Assembly (NCBI GenBank): GCA_964016885.1
Contig: OZ024745.1
Location: 129,704,001 to 129,768,000, forward strand
Source of the DNA: Eledone cirrhosa
Taxonomy: Eukaryota
Direction: 5' to 3'
Length of the DNA stretch: 64,000 nt
Below are positions 25,001 to 38,976 of the stretch, piece after piece (within the stretch, counting starts at the first letter, position 1; the number at the start of each line of letters is the position of its first letter). The position numbers were made by a program, and so were the translations under genes. Below the pieces are notes generated by a model. It did not search any database and had not been told where the DNA came from. It saw only the letters and a list, made by a program, of their open reading frames with translations.

Positions 25001-26338
25001 TCAGACTTCTGAATATTAATATTAAAATAAACCACTTTTGAGAGAACGATAAATACATCAAACAACTACTCAGAATTGTTTAGTGAAACTAAAGTTTCCA
25101 ATAAAATTTCAAATAAAAGCATCTAACATAACAGCAATATTAAATACAACAAACGAGTAGAAAAACAACCAAAGCAAATCAGAAAGGAAAAATAAAAGAC
25201 ATTCAATACTTTCTTGAATTCCATTATATTTTTAAATATAATTGCTGCAGTTTAATTTTTCCTTAGCTTAGATTCTATTCATGCATCACCCCAGTTTTGG
25301 TGCAAAATTGCTTATTGTTCCTACATTGCAATTTTTCGGCGAATTACGATTTTTTTTTCTTTCACTTTCTATTATTCACGGATTATTGTATATTTTTCAC
25401 TGAGTCATTTCCACCTTTCGGATATCTCCACTTAAATAGCAAATGGAAGATGTTGAAAATCATGTAGTGGATTTTTCTTGTCTTCTTCCTTCACATATAT
25501 TCTTTTTGTATGTATTAATTTTTCGTGTAAGTATAAGTAAATATGCATTTCTGTATGTCTGTACGTCTGCAAATATTTCTGTATATATTCTTCTGTTTTT
25601 CTTTCTCTCTCTCTCTTCTCCACTCTCTATCCCTCTCTCTTTCTCAAATCCCCACCCTCTATCCCTCTCTCTCTCTCTCTCCATCTCTCTTTCTTTATCT
25701 AAAGATGAATTTGTAAGACATAGGGTATCTCGGGTATCTCGGTTCCGCTTCAGCAGACGACTGATGATGTGTGAGTTAGGAAAGAAATAAAAGGATTCAG
25801 AAGCAAAGAAGGACACGGCACCGCAAGGGTAGGGTCGTGGGTGGTAGGTGAGGAGGCAAGGATGGCAGCTGTTGTGGGTATATCTATGCCTAAGGAAATA
25901 ACTGTAAAAAACATAGGCAGCTGTAAATGATGATAGCATAGAAAATCTGGTAAAAGACATTTAGTAATTAGTTACCAGAGAGAGAGAGACAGAAATAAAG
26001 AGTTATTTGCCCCTGGTACAGATTTCCGTACATTAGAGTAATACATTTGATGGCTCATATCAATAGTAAACAAACATGATATGAACTGTATCGTATTTTC
26101 TCTTTGAAGCGACTAAGATGGCTTCTCTCACATCTTTCCTTTACCCCCATTCTCTACGCTATGATCATTTATAGCAAATAGCAACAGATATTTTACAGTT
26201 ATTTCTATGTTTCAGTGCCTTACACTTCTATAAAATTTATAATCATTCAGCGCTCCAAATCGATAATTCGATACATTTCATATCTTGTTTGTTTTTAATA
26301 TATCTATTTATATATATCTATTCATATTCATATATATA

Positions 26339-26398
<60 letters not shown>

Positions 26399-26400
<2 letters not shown>

Positions 26401-26788
26401 AAAGTTATATTTAAAATTGTTGGGTTACAACGAGTAAATATTTTATAACTGATATAAAAGCACTCAACAGTTTCTGGAGTAAGTTTACGATATTAAACAA
26501 ATGGAAACTATATTTATAAAACCATATTTATTTCGTTATATATATTTCTGGGATATCATATTAAAAATATGGTATGCCTTCCTCAGACAAAATACAATAC
26601 ATAAGCTGTTTTATAAATAATTTTGACATACCTTATAATAATGCAACTTCCATTTAAATGGAAGTTGCATTATTATAAGTTGTATTTTGTCTGAGGAAGG
26701 CATACCATATTTTTAATATGATATCCCAGAAATATATATAACGAAATAAATATGGTTTTATAAATATAATTTCCATTTGTTTAATATC

Positions 26789-26790
<2 letters not shown>
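26399..26790. mobile_element. Family A fold-back: long minus copy (26399-26655) joined head-to-head to a shorter plus copy (26656-26790), with two HHRs (26529-26594 minus, 26683-26748 plus)
   Basis: Zero-spacer palindrome centre ccattt|aaatgg. tattttgt-CTGAGGA-stem II-GAAA-T ATAT A TA-acgaaata. (TA)n on both sides. Confidence 0.8.
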
Positions 26791-26854
<64 letters not shown>

Positions 26855-26856
<2 letters not shown>

Positions 26857-26960
26857 ATTGTTTCTACTTTAGGCACAAGGCCAGCAATTACCCAGTACAT
26901 TACTAGTACTTTATTTTATCGACCCCGTACGGATGAAAGGCAAAGTCAACCTCGGCGGGA
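26855..26960 (-). mobile_element. SINE family 1, 3' half
   Basis: Reverse-complement core and tail. Confidence 0.85.
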
Positions 26961-27422
26961 TATATATAGTAATAATAATAAATTTGAAGACTAAAATCCA
27001 AAGAGGGCTCGATCAGGATAAATATATATCAAATATATAAGAATCGTAGAGCAAATATTTATTAAAATAACAGATTAAAGTTTAAGCAAAGAATCGCTGC
27101 TTTCACCCTTAACGGGATCTTCTGAAACTAACAAAGTCAATCTGTGAACGCAGAAGTGAATATTTCAAAAAACGTTGCAACCGGAGGAAGACAGGAAGAC
27201 GATACTTTGGTTCGTGGAAACGTTCCCTGGCAAAGAACGGGAAAAAACGAATATAATACGTCATTATTTAGAGCGGTGAAAAACAATTACACGCAAAGAC
27301 AGAACCACGTTTATGGTATAAAAGAAGTCGTAGACTAATATTCTCTTAGGTGGTTCATAGAGACGTTCTCTGTCAAGGAACGGAAAAAATGAAGATAATA
27401 AGTCATATGTGGAGCGTGGAGC

Positions 27423-27482
27423 GTATTGAGTAAACTGGTGCGTTATAGTCCATCTGGTTCCTTACCATACCTCCCTCGTTAT
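27423..27482 (+). mobile_element. Family B 3' tail fragment
   Basis: gtattgagta..ctggtgcgttat.gtccatctggttccttacca then (TA)n. Confidence 0.65.
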
Positions 27483-27519
27483 ATATATATATATAGGATG
27501 GCAATGTATAACGGGAGGC

Positions 27520-27650
27520 GACTACTGTAAACAAAGCTCCTCAAGATTGTACAGTATAAGGATATTCATTTTATTATAGAAATAATTTCTACAGTACTGA
27601 ACTGTTTCATTCGTAAAAAATCCGCAGGAAATCCCGATGATTTCTTGGGT
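27520..27650 (-). mobile_element. Diverged family C copy
   Basis: Reverse complement cgaatGAAACAGttcagtaCTGTAgaaattatttctataataaa. Confidence 0.5.
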
Positions 27651-27916
27651 TTGAAAGAGTTCTAGATTACCTGCTTTTTTATGGACATGCGTGTGTGTAT
27701 GCATGTATGTGTATAAAATCCTTAGTCAGCAGAATTCATACATTGAAAAACATAACATGTATTCAGAGAAGTTGTAGAGTCGGTAAGATGAGAGCAAGGA
27801 AAACACTAAAATTAGTAGTATATAGCATAAGGTATACAGTGTGGAAATATAGACAAATGACCATATCATACTTACGAAAATTGGCTCGTTATATAGAAAA
27901 GCGGATGGGGTGAGTG

Positions 27917-28200
27917 AAGGCACATGGCTTAGTGGTTAGAGAATTAGGTTTGCAATCGAAAGGTTGTGAGTTCAATTCTCCGACTGGGTGATGTGTTGTT
28001 TCCTTGAGCAAGACACTTTATTTCACATTGCTCCAGTTTACTCAGCTGAAAATGAGTAGCAGCAATAGCTGGAGAATTAACCCTGCGGTGGACTGGCGTC
28101 CTGTCCAGGGGTCAGACTTGTACTCTCAGTTGCTTCACGCCATGAAACCGAGATAAGGACCGGCCACATGAGCCTTCTGGCTTAAGACAGACTTTAGTCT
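27917..28200 (+). mobile_element. tRNA-derived SINE family 2, near full length
   Basis: tggcttagtggttaga (A box), gagttcaattctcc (B box), CORE-like tccttgagcaagacactttatttcac. Confidence 0.85.
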
Positions 28201-28845
28201 TTTTTTAGGATGGGATGAAGGAATTCAAATATATGCACATATAAAACAATGGCAAACTAAAACAGAATGACTCACTAGAAAACATCTATTCAGTGCTTAG
28301 ACAGATCAACGAAGTCACGCATATAACACAGCCTCAATAACTATCATGAATTCTTTAGCTCTGTGACAGAAATGCTTATGATAAATAAGTATAAAAACAA
28401 AGGAGCGCACATACAGACATATACCCACCCTCGATAATATGCCGGAACTGAATAATAAATATTTAGTAATGATTGAGACTGAGAATTAAACACACATACA
28501 TGAAAAATGGAGGGAAAACAAGGCATATATAGACATACATGCACAGAAACAAATACATAGACCCATAAAGATAGATAACATGGAAATAGCAGTGCACACA
28601 GACAGAAATACACAGCAGAAATATGAGATGGGGTAAATAGAAAAAGATAAAAAGAAAATGGAGACACAGAGAAGCAAAAATAGTTGTTGGGAAGGTCACA
28701 GAATATGTGAAGAAAGAGCTTGGGCCATTAAATACGACAATTAATTAAATAATCATCTATGAACTAAATTAACAGGAGAATGAATAATAAAGCGGAAGCT
28801 CACAGAGCATGGGCTTTTACTGGCAATATGACCCTCCCAAATTAT

Positions 28846-28923
<78 letters not shown>

Positions 28924-28945
28924 TTACATAGACACACACACACTC

Positions 28946-29061
<116 letters not shown>

Positions 29062-30079
29062 GTACATATGTAACAGCGAGAATATTTAATCCAAAGATAC
29101 TGAATAAAAAAAACACAGTCATTTAAATAGCAGCTAAAACGATTGCAACACCTTCTTCAACAGCAGCAGCACCACTAACAACAACAACAATGACAACAAC
29201 CAAAGCGAGAGAACAATAATAACATAGAAATTAAAATATAAGTAGAAATTTGATAGCATCCCTCGCCACCAAAATGTCTGCTAGTTTAACCATAAATAAC
29301 TCTCACATTATTAACAGGAACGCAAAGAATAAACAAATAATAAAAATTACAAAACTTTGTTACAACAACAACAATAACAACAATGCTAGGGAAAAACAAC
29401 GACAGCAAAAACAAACATCACAAACAAACAAGCCAAAAGGCTTTCGGTTCTTATGGTTTTTGGTAAAATTCCAAATGTTTCTTCGTAAACAATTCGGTTC
29501 ATATATTTTGCAAAGAACCGGAGTTTCACCTCTTTTTTGGTGCGGTACTAAATTTGGAATAGGAAGTGGGAATTTATTTCAATGGCGGGGGGTGGGGGAA
29601 GGGAAAAAAACAACTCAGGTTGTTGTTGTTATTTTGGTGTTGTTGATAATGATACCTATGTAATTGTTACATTGTTATTTTTTGTTGTATCGCTAGTATA
29701 ATTCGTATTTATCACCCTGTCACTGTGTTTTTGATTGTGTTTAAGTGTAATGGGTGGATGTATATATTTTATCTTATTGTGTTTGCGTATGGATGTATAT
29801 TTTTTCATTTTAATGTTAGCATGTGTTAGTTTGTGTTTGTAAATATGCCTGTGTGTTTGTGTGTATGTCTGTGTTGTAATTCGTGTTGCTGTGTATCACC
29901 ATGTTAGCCTTGAACGAGCACAACTATGATAAAAACATTCTAGTCACAAATGCATTAGTGAGATTTATATCAAATAATCATATTCGATTCGTTTGCAAGC
30001 AAACAGAGTCATTGCGCTGTTTTATAGATAGCCGTCGGCATCCTTTTATTTTAGCAGTCATCGCTAGAACAAAAGGTTG

Positions 30080-30436
30080 GCTAGTGGGTTGGACGCCATT
30101 CTTTCTAGAATAGTTACGTCCCTTTACGGTATGAGTTCAAATCCCATCGAGGGTAACTTTGCTTTTCATCCTTACGGGGTCGATAAAGTAAAGTACCAGT
30201 AATGTACTGGGTAATTGCTGTCCTTGTGAAAAAGTAGAAACAATTATTAGATTTGCAGTATCGGTGGAGCGTTAAACACCATACTTTGTAGCCTAGAGTT
30301 ATATTCCTTTACGTTCTGAGTTCAAATCCCAATGAGGTTAACTTTGCCTTTCATCCTTACGGGGTCGATAAAGTAAAGGACCAGTGATAGACTAGGGTAA
30401 TTTCTGGCCTTGTGCCAAAAGTAGAAACAATCATTA
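30080..30436 (+). mobile_element. Two tandem SINE family 1 copies, inserted inside an older MITE-like element (arms about 29948 and 30445-30463)
   Basis: Consensus matches. aaatgcattagtgagattt is mirrored by aaaactcaccaatgcattt. Confidence 0.75.
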
Positions 30437-31184
30437 TTCGCTAAAAACTCACCAATGCATTTACGAATCCGCTTTGTCAGAGCGAAAAAATGAAATTCTA
30501 ATTGTATTTATTCTTGTGACAACCATCCGACATTTTCCGTATCTGTGTGGAATCAAGTATAATATTATCCATGTATTTTACATCTCTGTTTTGTATATGT
30601 CTGCAGGTATGAATTTGTCAGAGGGAAGAATAACATTATAAGATAAAGAATTAAACAAACCTAGCAGAAAAACCACCCTTTGTGTGGTTTTCTGCAAGCA
30701 TGTGTAGTGTGTATAATGATATTATACGTAAGTATATATACAGGTAGATATGATACATCAAATAAAATCGTATTTGACAATATCCACAGAAATTGAACGA
30801 AGACTGTGTTACACTGTCTTATGTAATCAGTAACGTAATCGATGATACATTAAAAAAACACGATATTATATATAAACTGCATTAGGAGAAAATTAGTGAC
30901 AGAAAATTAATGTCTATTTAAGCGATCACCACCGGAAGTGTTGACATTTGAAAATTTTAAAGAAGTGAATCTTTAAATAAATAATAAAATATATTTAATG
31001 AACAGCCACGAAATTTAGTAGATAAATTATGTAATATTCATTGATTATTTATTCAAAGTAATCCAACTAATTTTACTAATGGGATAAAATAATTATAAAC
31101 CGTATGCAGTCCCGCACTTCTTACTTTATTATAGTTTAGATAGATTTAAGCATTTGCTTATTCAATGTCTACTAATATTAATAG

Positions 31185-31350
31185 TGACGACGACGGGGAT
31201 GACAATAATAATGATGATGATGTTGATGATGCTGATGGTGATGATGACGATGACGATGATGATGATCATCATCTTCATGAGGATGATGCCTTTAATGACG
31301 ATGATGATAACGATGATGATGATAATGATAATGATGATGATGATGGTGAT
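31185..31350. repeat. (GAT)n-type trinucleotide repeat
   Basis: Direct reading. Confidence 0.9.
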
Positions 31351-31832
31351 TTCTTAACGCCAATGTTATAGTTATATAGATTAGTATGCTGAAGATTTTG
31401 AATATTATAAAAGTTGATGATTTATTTCTTTTAGCACAATACTGAAGTGTTCGCGATTATATTAACACGTTTTATTATTCCACTTCAGAAAGCCAATTTA
31501 AGGAGAGAGAGCTTTAGTTGTGTATTTCCTGGATTAAGATGTGAAATAAACAGCATCTAAACAATTGTTCATAATATCTGTTATATTTCAATTTCCTTTC
31601 TCTGAATATAACAATATATTTCTGTTTGTTCTCCTTACCCTTTTTAAGAATACATTTCCTTAACACTAATTAGGTGTCTTCACATTGCAGGTATAATTAA
31701 TTCCAAACTAATTATTGCAACGCACACTTAATTTTATATCTTTTATGAAGATACTTCCTATACTAAAATTTTCAATGTGATTATTTTAATTTACATAATG
31801 AATGAAATATTTTCACATAAATTAGCATTATT

Positions 31833-32021
31833 GTGGATTGGCAGTATCGGTAGAGGGTCGGACGACATGCTTTGCAGCAAAGAGCTACGGCCCTTTATGG
31901 TCTGAGTTCAAATCCCATCGAGGTTAACTTTGCCTTTCATCCTTACGGTGTCGATAAAATAAAGTACCAGTAATACACTGGAATAATTGCTGGCCTTGTT
32001 CCAAAAGTAGAAACAATTATT
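31833..32021 (+). mobile_element. SINE family 1, full length
   Basis: A/B boxes, core and tail. Confidence 0.9.
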
Positions 32022-32354
32022 AATTAAACGTTTTTTTAAAGCTGAGTAGACTATGCCTAACTGTTAAAATCAGATAAATGCAAGGGATTTTCGGATTTGT
32101 CTAGAAACTCAACCAAAATCAGATTTATTCTGACACCAAACATATCTCCATAATATTTCCAAGATTGGAATTTTGGGAGTGATCTGCCATGCTCCCTTTG
32201 AGATTAGTTGTCATTATATCTAATAATGTTTAGAGATATAATTCCAATTTATTATAATAATTTCAGCTTAGCACTTTAAATAAGGTAGCCTGAATTTAAC
32301 TATATGTTCATTAGGTAGAGGGTATTTGTAGTACATTTTCCTATGTAGGGAATT

Positions 32355-32730
32355 AATGGCTTCTTATATAAGCACAAGGCCAGCAATTTTTGAGAGTGGA
32401 AAATCGAATGAATTGACCCAAGTGCGTGACTGGTACTTTATTTTATTGACCCCGTAAGGAGGAAAGGCAAAGTGAACCTCAGCGAGATTTGAAAATATAT
32501 CATAAAAGGCCGTAACTCAATGCTGCAAAGCATGGCGTCTGACCTTCTACCGATACTGCCAATCCGCCGCCCTTATGCAGGGAATTAATGAAAACCATCT
32601 ACAACAAATAACGCTTTCTAAGAGAGACATAATTGTTTCTACTTTTGACACAAGGCCAGCAATTACCCAGTGCATTACTGGTACATTATTTTATCCACCC
32701 CGTAAGGATGAAAGGCAAAGTTAACCTCGA
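32355..32730 (-). mobile_element. Two SINE family 1 copies
   Basis: Reverse-complement consensus. Confidence 0.85.
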
Positions 32731-33069
32731 GACATAATGTCACACCGTATGAAGGAATTTTATCAAATTAAATTCATCGTAACATTTGTCTGGTCCCTTC
32801 TATATCTAGTTCAGTCGTTTGAGCTGTTAGAAATATCAACGAAATCTCAACTCATCAAACTTAAAAATTCATGAACACATAGGTTAATGCATGTCTTTAC
32901 GAGCGTGGATTAAAGGTTCGTAGGTAGACAGTGAAAGAATGATGCTAGAGCCCTGAAATCTCGCATGCATTAATTTCAAATCTTATTAATAACTATTGTT
33001 TTCTACCCGGTGAATTGATATCTGACAATTCAAAGAACACTTCAAAAGTAAGGAATAGCGACTTCTCTT

Positions 33070-33832
33070 GAAAGTAGACAACATTGGCTTCATGGTGTTA
33101 TCAAGTACCTGCAGGAAAAACGTTTAGCCCACGAGGAGATTTATGCTGACATAGTGTCTGAGAAGGAGTCTTAAAGATAGCCTAGCCCAAGCTCTAAACG
33201 TCCTGCAACTGCCACCACCGAGGAAAACATTGATCGTGTTCACCCCATGGTGATGTATGAAATGCGATTGACTATAAATCAAATACCCAATGCTATTAGC
33301 ATATCCCACGAGAGAGTTGATAATATTCTGCACCATGAACTTTGCACTACGAAGGGCTTTTTCTCGGTGGTTGCCAGATTTTCTGACGCATTATAAAAAG
33401 CGCATCAGGCCTTACATATCAGGGAAAATCACATATCGTCTCAGGCAAATCCAGCTGGTTTCCTTGAACATTTCGTAACCCAGGATTAGTGTTGGGTTCA
33501 TCGCTTTGAACCAGAGACAAAGAGATAATCCGCGCAGTAGATATACCCCTCCTTACCTGCTCCAAAGAAGGTTAAGGAAATTTCATCTGCAGGGAAGATA
33601 ATGCCTTTGAGGGATGCAAAAGGCATTGTGTTTATTGACGTTAAAAGGGGCCTCACCATCAATGGAGAGCACTATGCCAACGTGCTGAGGCAGTTATAAA
33701 AGCTACCAAGACCAAACGCCCAGGAAAACTGACGAAAGGTGTCTTGTTTAATCAAGACAATGTGCCAGCTGGCAAGTCCTTGATTTCAATGACTAATCTG
33801 CGTGACTGTGTCTTTGAACTAATTGATCACCT
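33070..33832 (+). pseudogene. Mariner (Tc1/mariner DD34D-like) transposase pseudogene
   Basis: Frameshifted reading: GVIKYLQEK..EIYAD; TATTEENIDRV..RLTINQI..ISISHERVDNILH; FVTQD*CWVH.FEPETKR; PKK.K..SAGKIM; DAKGIVFID; G.TINGEHYANVLRQL; KGVLFNQDN; FELIDH. Confidence 0.85.
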
Positions 33833-34544
33833 ATCTGGGAACTAACATTTGTAGTTGAATAATGATTTCATGACCATATTTTTAATGAAATAAATTCTAT
33901 TCTAATTCATTAATGAAGGATTTGGAGTGTGTTAGTAAAACTATATATTGTTTTATTATTAAGATGGTGTTAGTTACATAACGTAACACAGTGTTCTTAT
34001 ACAAAATTAACTTTAAATGGCAATACAATTAAACTAAGTGTTTTAGTTTAGTTGGTATCAAAAGTGATAAGTCCTCTGTATTTGTTTTAATGGTAGATAT
34101 TTTGTTGACTTCGGAAAAGGAGAACGAAAATCGACAATATAGAATTTAAAATCAGAACATAAAATTATATAACGAAATAAATGTAATAAATGTATTCATT
34201 GCTATTGTACAATGGATAGCATTTATTTAATATTTAGAACGTTTTTCTTTTAATGTTCATAACACGTGCAATTGGTCACATCTGTTAGGTAGAATATTAT
34301 TGAATAGTCTTAACATTTAAAGTCATTAGCCATCTAATTGACATTCCATTTTTAGCATAGTGCTCGAAATTAGGTTGCTTATTCCATTATTCGATAACTT
34401 GTAACGAAATGGGTATCATTGACAGATTCTACTCTTACGTTACCTGATCACATCAAGCTAACACTTTTTGTCTGCATAGCTACGTTGTGTTGGAAATAAT
34501 TAAATGAAATAGACAATCATAGGAAGAAGAAACATAAACAGTTG

Positions 34545-34662
34545 TAGTAGTGATTCTTGTAGTCGTATTAGTACAATTTAGTAGTAGCAGTCGTTGTAGT
34601 ACTAGTAGCAGAATTAGTATTAGTAATATCAGCAGTAGTAGTATTAGTAGCAGAAGTAGTAT

Positions 34663-34729
<67 letters not shown>

Positions 34730-35165
34730 GGTTGCGGGCGATGTTAGAACAAAATTATGTACAAAGGCGAGGAAAGATGCAGGAAAATAGTACGATTAAT
34801 TTTATAAACGAGAAGAAAAATACAAAGAAAGTGGTGGTGATGGTGGTGGTGGTAGTGGTAGTCGTAGTGGTGGTGGTGGTGGTGGTGGTGTCAGTGTTGA
34901 TGATGGTGGTGGTGATGTCAGCGTTGATAATGGTGGTGGTAGTTGTGGTGGTGGTGTTGGTGGTTGTGGTGGTGGTGGTTGTGCTGGTTGTGGTGGTGGT
35001 GGTGGTTGTGGTGTTAGTGGTAGTAGTGGTGGTGGTGGTGGTTGTGGTGGGGGTGGTTTTGGTTGTGGTGGGGTGGTGGTTGTGGTGTTAGTGGTGGTAG
35101 TGGTGGTGGTTGTGCTTGTGGTGTTAGTGGTGGTAGTGGTGATGGTGGTAGTGATGGTGGTGGTT
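34545..35165. repeat. (AGT)n and (GGT)n/(GTT) trinucleotide repeats
   Basis: Direct reading (34545-34730 and 34831-35165). Confidence 0.9.
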
Positions 35166-35551
35166 TCTGGCGGCAGATATGACAAAATTAATGTTATGCT
35201 AAATGTAAGCTGAATAGAAAATATAAGGCAACGGTGATAAGAAAATTAAGAAAAGATAAAAGAAACCGTGATTAAAGAAGATTATGATGATAATACTGGA
35301 GATAGCCATGATAATATTGATGCTGGAGATAGGCACGTAATACTGATGTTGACGTCGATGATTATATTAATGATAACGTACAAAATAATGGCTATGGTTA
35401 TAATAATCATGAAAGTAATCAGAATGATTATTGTGATCGGTGTTTCTGTTCAGCTCTAACTCAGCTCTGACCGGGCAGACCTAACATCAAAGACTTGACA
35501 GCAAAAATGTATGCATTTTTCTAAAAAAGAGTGGACTGGGCATTATATACC

Positions 35552-36128
35552 TGTTTTTACTTTTGGCACAAGGCCAGCAATTAATCCAGTGCATTACTGG
35601 TACTTTATTTTATCGACCCCGTAAGGATGAAAGGAAAAGTGAATCTCGGCGGGATTTGAACTCAGACCTTAAAATGCTGTAACTCTATGCTGCAAAGCAT
35701 GGCGTCCGAACCTCTACTGATACTGCCAAAAATAACAATTTTTTCTTACATAGGCACAAGGCCAGCAATTTGGGGGGAGGGGAAAGTCGATTAAATAGAC
35801 CCCAGTGCGTGACTGGTACATTTTTATCCACCCCGTAAGGATGAAAAGCAAAGTTAACTTCGGTCGAATTTGAACTCAGACCGTAAAGGGCCGTAACTCT
35901 ATGCTGCAAACATGGTGTCCGACCCTCTACTGATACTGCCGGCTAATTGGCAGAGTCGTTAGAACGTCGTATAGAATGCTTTACGTTATTCGTCCCTGCT
36001 CTCTGCTCTCGGATTTCAAATCCCGCCGAGGTCAACTTTACCTTTTATCCTGTCGAGGTCGATAAAATAAAGTACCAGTTATACACTGGAATAATTGCTG
36101 GCCTTGTGCCAAATGTAGAAACAATTGT
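35552..36128. mobile_element. Three SINE family 1 copies (35552-35728 minus, 35737-35942 minus, 35945-36128 plus)
   Basis: Consensus matches; the last two are head-to-head. Confidence 0.85.
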
Positions 36129-36940
36129 ATAAAGTTACCTTCGTATTTACGTCGGTTGGTTATGGCTAGTCGAAAATTAGGTTGCTTTTTCTAATAGACA
36201 AAATGATTGAATAGCGATTTCTTCTTCTGATAATGATAACTGTTTCTGAATTAGGAACAAGGCCAACAATTCTGATGGGAAGGGAAAGTCGATTAAATAG
36301 ACTACAGTTTGAATACTCTATGCTGTTTATTCTCATTCAAAGAAACACGTTCTTGTCCATTTTTATGAAAAAGCAAAAATATGTCTACATTACAATCGAA
36401 GGAGTAAGATAAAATAATCTTAAGATAATTAGCATTAAACTCCAATGATGCTATATTCGTATACTGTAATGATAAAACTACAATTTTGGCTTGGCAACAA
36501 TAATATCTCTAAGCCACTCACTTTTACTATATAAAGTGTATCTTATTGAATACAACTGTTCTAAGATCGCTTAAGTTGTGAATAAGGAAAAACAAGACAC
36601 TATTTATCATTTTGCTTTCTATTAGTAATCTAGTTTTTTTTTCTTTCTAGTTTTGTTTTGTATATTTAGTTTTAGTAACTCAGGGGTCCACTTGTCAATT
36701 TATTTTTTATTTTTATTTTGCGAAGGGATTAATGTATTTTAAATACATAACACGTGTGGGGCAAAACCAACAAAACAATTATGACGAATATCTTTGACAG
36801 GCGCGTCATTGTGTATCACACTTTCCAAGCCCCTTCTCTTATCATTTATATCTCTATCTTACATACACACACGCACATACACATACGTACATGCACACAC
36901 AAAAAGACAAGCAAATACTCCCACAAACACACACACACTT

Positions 36941-37006
<66 letters not shown>

Positions 37007-37017
37007 GTGTGTGTGGT

Positions 37018-37138
37018 GATTTCTCCCGAATGAAACAGTTCTAGTCTTGTAGAAGCCTTTCCACATTTAATATTTATCCTCTGCTTTGTATTGAGTACCT
37101 TACTTACTGTGATTACCCCCGATTGAACCTAGGATAAA

Positions 37139-37140
<2 letters not shown>
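37018..37140 (+). mobile_element. Family C single 3' copy in a microsatellite
   Basis: gaatGAAACAGttctagtcTTGTAgaagc...gtattgagtaccttacttactgtg...gattgaacc then (TA)n. Confidence 0.7.
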
Positions 37141-37221
<81 letters not shown>

Positions 37222-37271
37222 GTATATATGTATGTATATATATATATGTATATATGTATGTATGTATAAGT

Positions 37272-37463
37272 AACGGTTTCTGATTTAGGCACAAACCAAC
37301 TATTTTGGAGTACAGAAAAGCCGATTAAATTGAGCCCACTACGTTACTGGTACTTTATCGACCTGGTAGAGAGGAAAGAGAAAGCTAACCACGGTGGGAT
37401 TTGAACTATATATGACATAGTATGTTGCCCGATGCTCTACTGATTCTGCCAATTCATCGCCCT
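37272..37463 (-). mobile_element. Diverged SINE family 1
   Basis: Reverse-complement consensus. Confidence 0.7.
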
Positions 37464-37741
37464 TATGTTTGCATTAATAAGAGAAATTCGTTTTTGTGCA
37501 GTGACTTATTCAATTAATATATCTACCGTGATTATATTTAGCTATATGAAATTATCTTCACTCATAACTATATATCTGTGAAAATCAGCTTAAGATTTGG
37601 CGGACATTATAGAGTGTAAGACAATAGTTCTTCAATCTCACCAACAATGTAACAGAGAAATTTTCATTAAACATACGATGTGACAGCTAGGGTGGTAGCT
37701 GTCACATCAACGTTCCACAAATACATCAGGGTTCAAGTACA

Positions 37742-37918
37742 AAGGAGGTGTGGTAAGATACCTGATGGACGACAACGCACCAGAGTATTCAATACGTAGG
37801 GTAGTAGAGTGGGTAATAGGAAAAGAGTCAGGATCCCTACGGCTGAGCTCCAGCCGTTTCGACAACTAGATCCGAACTAGGATCTACCTCAGTCGTGGGG
37901 TCCTGACTGTTTTCCTAT
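37742..37918 (-). mobile_element. Family B fold-back (copy 3, minus)
   Basis: Reverse complement of the family B tail, plus hairpin aggaaaagagtcaggatccc...ggggtcctgactgttttcct with centre tagatcc/ggatcta. Confidence 0.7.
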
Positions 37919-38157
37919 ATATATGTATATTTATTATTAGTATAGAACACTCCCGATTAGTATAAAATCAGAAATTATTTGCTTAAACGTTTAATATGTA
38001 CTAATAATAACAAAAATGTATGCATGGGTTGTTATTTCACTGAGGATTCCAGTTCCTCAGTGAAGTAACAACCCAACCAGGAACTGGGCATATCAGAGTA
38101 TTGACAAAGTTATACACCTCAACAACATATGTACTTGTCTATACCACACTAATTCGG

Positions 38158-38212
38158 ACTGCCTGAAGAGGTCACAGCCAAAGATGGCCGTCACCGAAAT
38201 ATATATAGCAGT
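38158..38212 (+). ncRNA. Type-I hammerhead ribozyme candidate (cleanest in window)
   Basis: actgc-CTGAAGA(38163-69)-ggt..gcca aaga tggc..acc-GAAA(38196-99)-T ATAT A TA-gcagt, immediately followed by AATAAA (38213-18) and (TA)n at about 38265. Confidence 0.8.
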
Positions 38213-38258
38213 AATAAACGAAGCTAAATTTTAAACATTTGACTTATTTATTTTATTT

Positions 38259-38301
<43 letters not shown>

Positions 38302-38701
38302 TGAATTAGTTTAGCGAGGTTTTTTATATGAAATCGTGTGTCGAAACAGATATTGTTATACTTGGGGAGGGTCATATTTGCGTAATATTGCCAGAATTAA
38401 TAACAGAACACACTCACTGTTTGGTATTCGCTTCTCGCTGTCTTTTATATCTGCGATCTAACTTACTCGGTCCTCAATGTTGCCATTGACTGACCGACGG
38501 TCAAAAATAATACAGATACAATATAGACACAAACACATATATATAGTTTACATAATTTACATACATCTTTCGTTGCACATCTGCAACATCGTCAGTGGTG
38601 TTATATTTTTTTTCTCCTGTTGTGTTGTATGTCTACGCCATTTGTTATTCAGTCTGTCTATATATTTATTTATTTATTTGCTTGTTTGTTTGTTCAATTT
38701 T

Positions 38702-38789
<88 letters not shown>

Positions 38790-38976
38790 AAAATTGAACG
38801 GGAACAAAACAGAGAGGCAGTACGAACAAATGTTTATTAGTTTCACGCTCTTGAGAGTGGGGTGGTGATATATATATATATGTTAAAGGTTAAAGGTAAA
38901 CATTAATAACAACACAATCGGTACAGTATATGGAAGAAATATATTAGGTTAACGCTTGATATAGCAGGAAGAGGGA

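Noticed and set aside
25700-25980. GC-richer unique stretch with a 166-aa minus ORF
   Set aside because: No recognisable domain or convincing splice sites; the ORF length is inflated by a GA repeat
27090-27127. HHR-like CAGAAGA-ccc/ggg-GAAA on the minus strand
   Set aside because: Core is mutated and there is no consistent helix I or III
27917-27990. tRNA-like sequences with A/B boxes
   Set aside because: They are heads of multicopy SINEs continuing into SINE cores; no clean cloverleaf could be supported
29443-29523. Possible pre-miRNA hairpin (ttcggttctt / aagaaccgga), and a 13-bp hairpin at 37677-37708
   Set aside because: Stems are too short or interrupted for a miRNA call without small-RNA data
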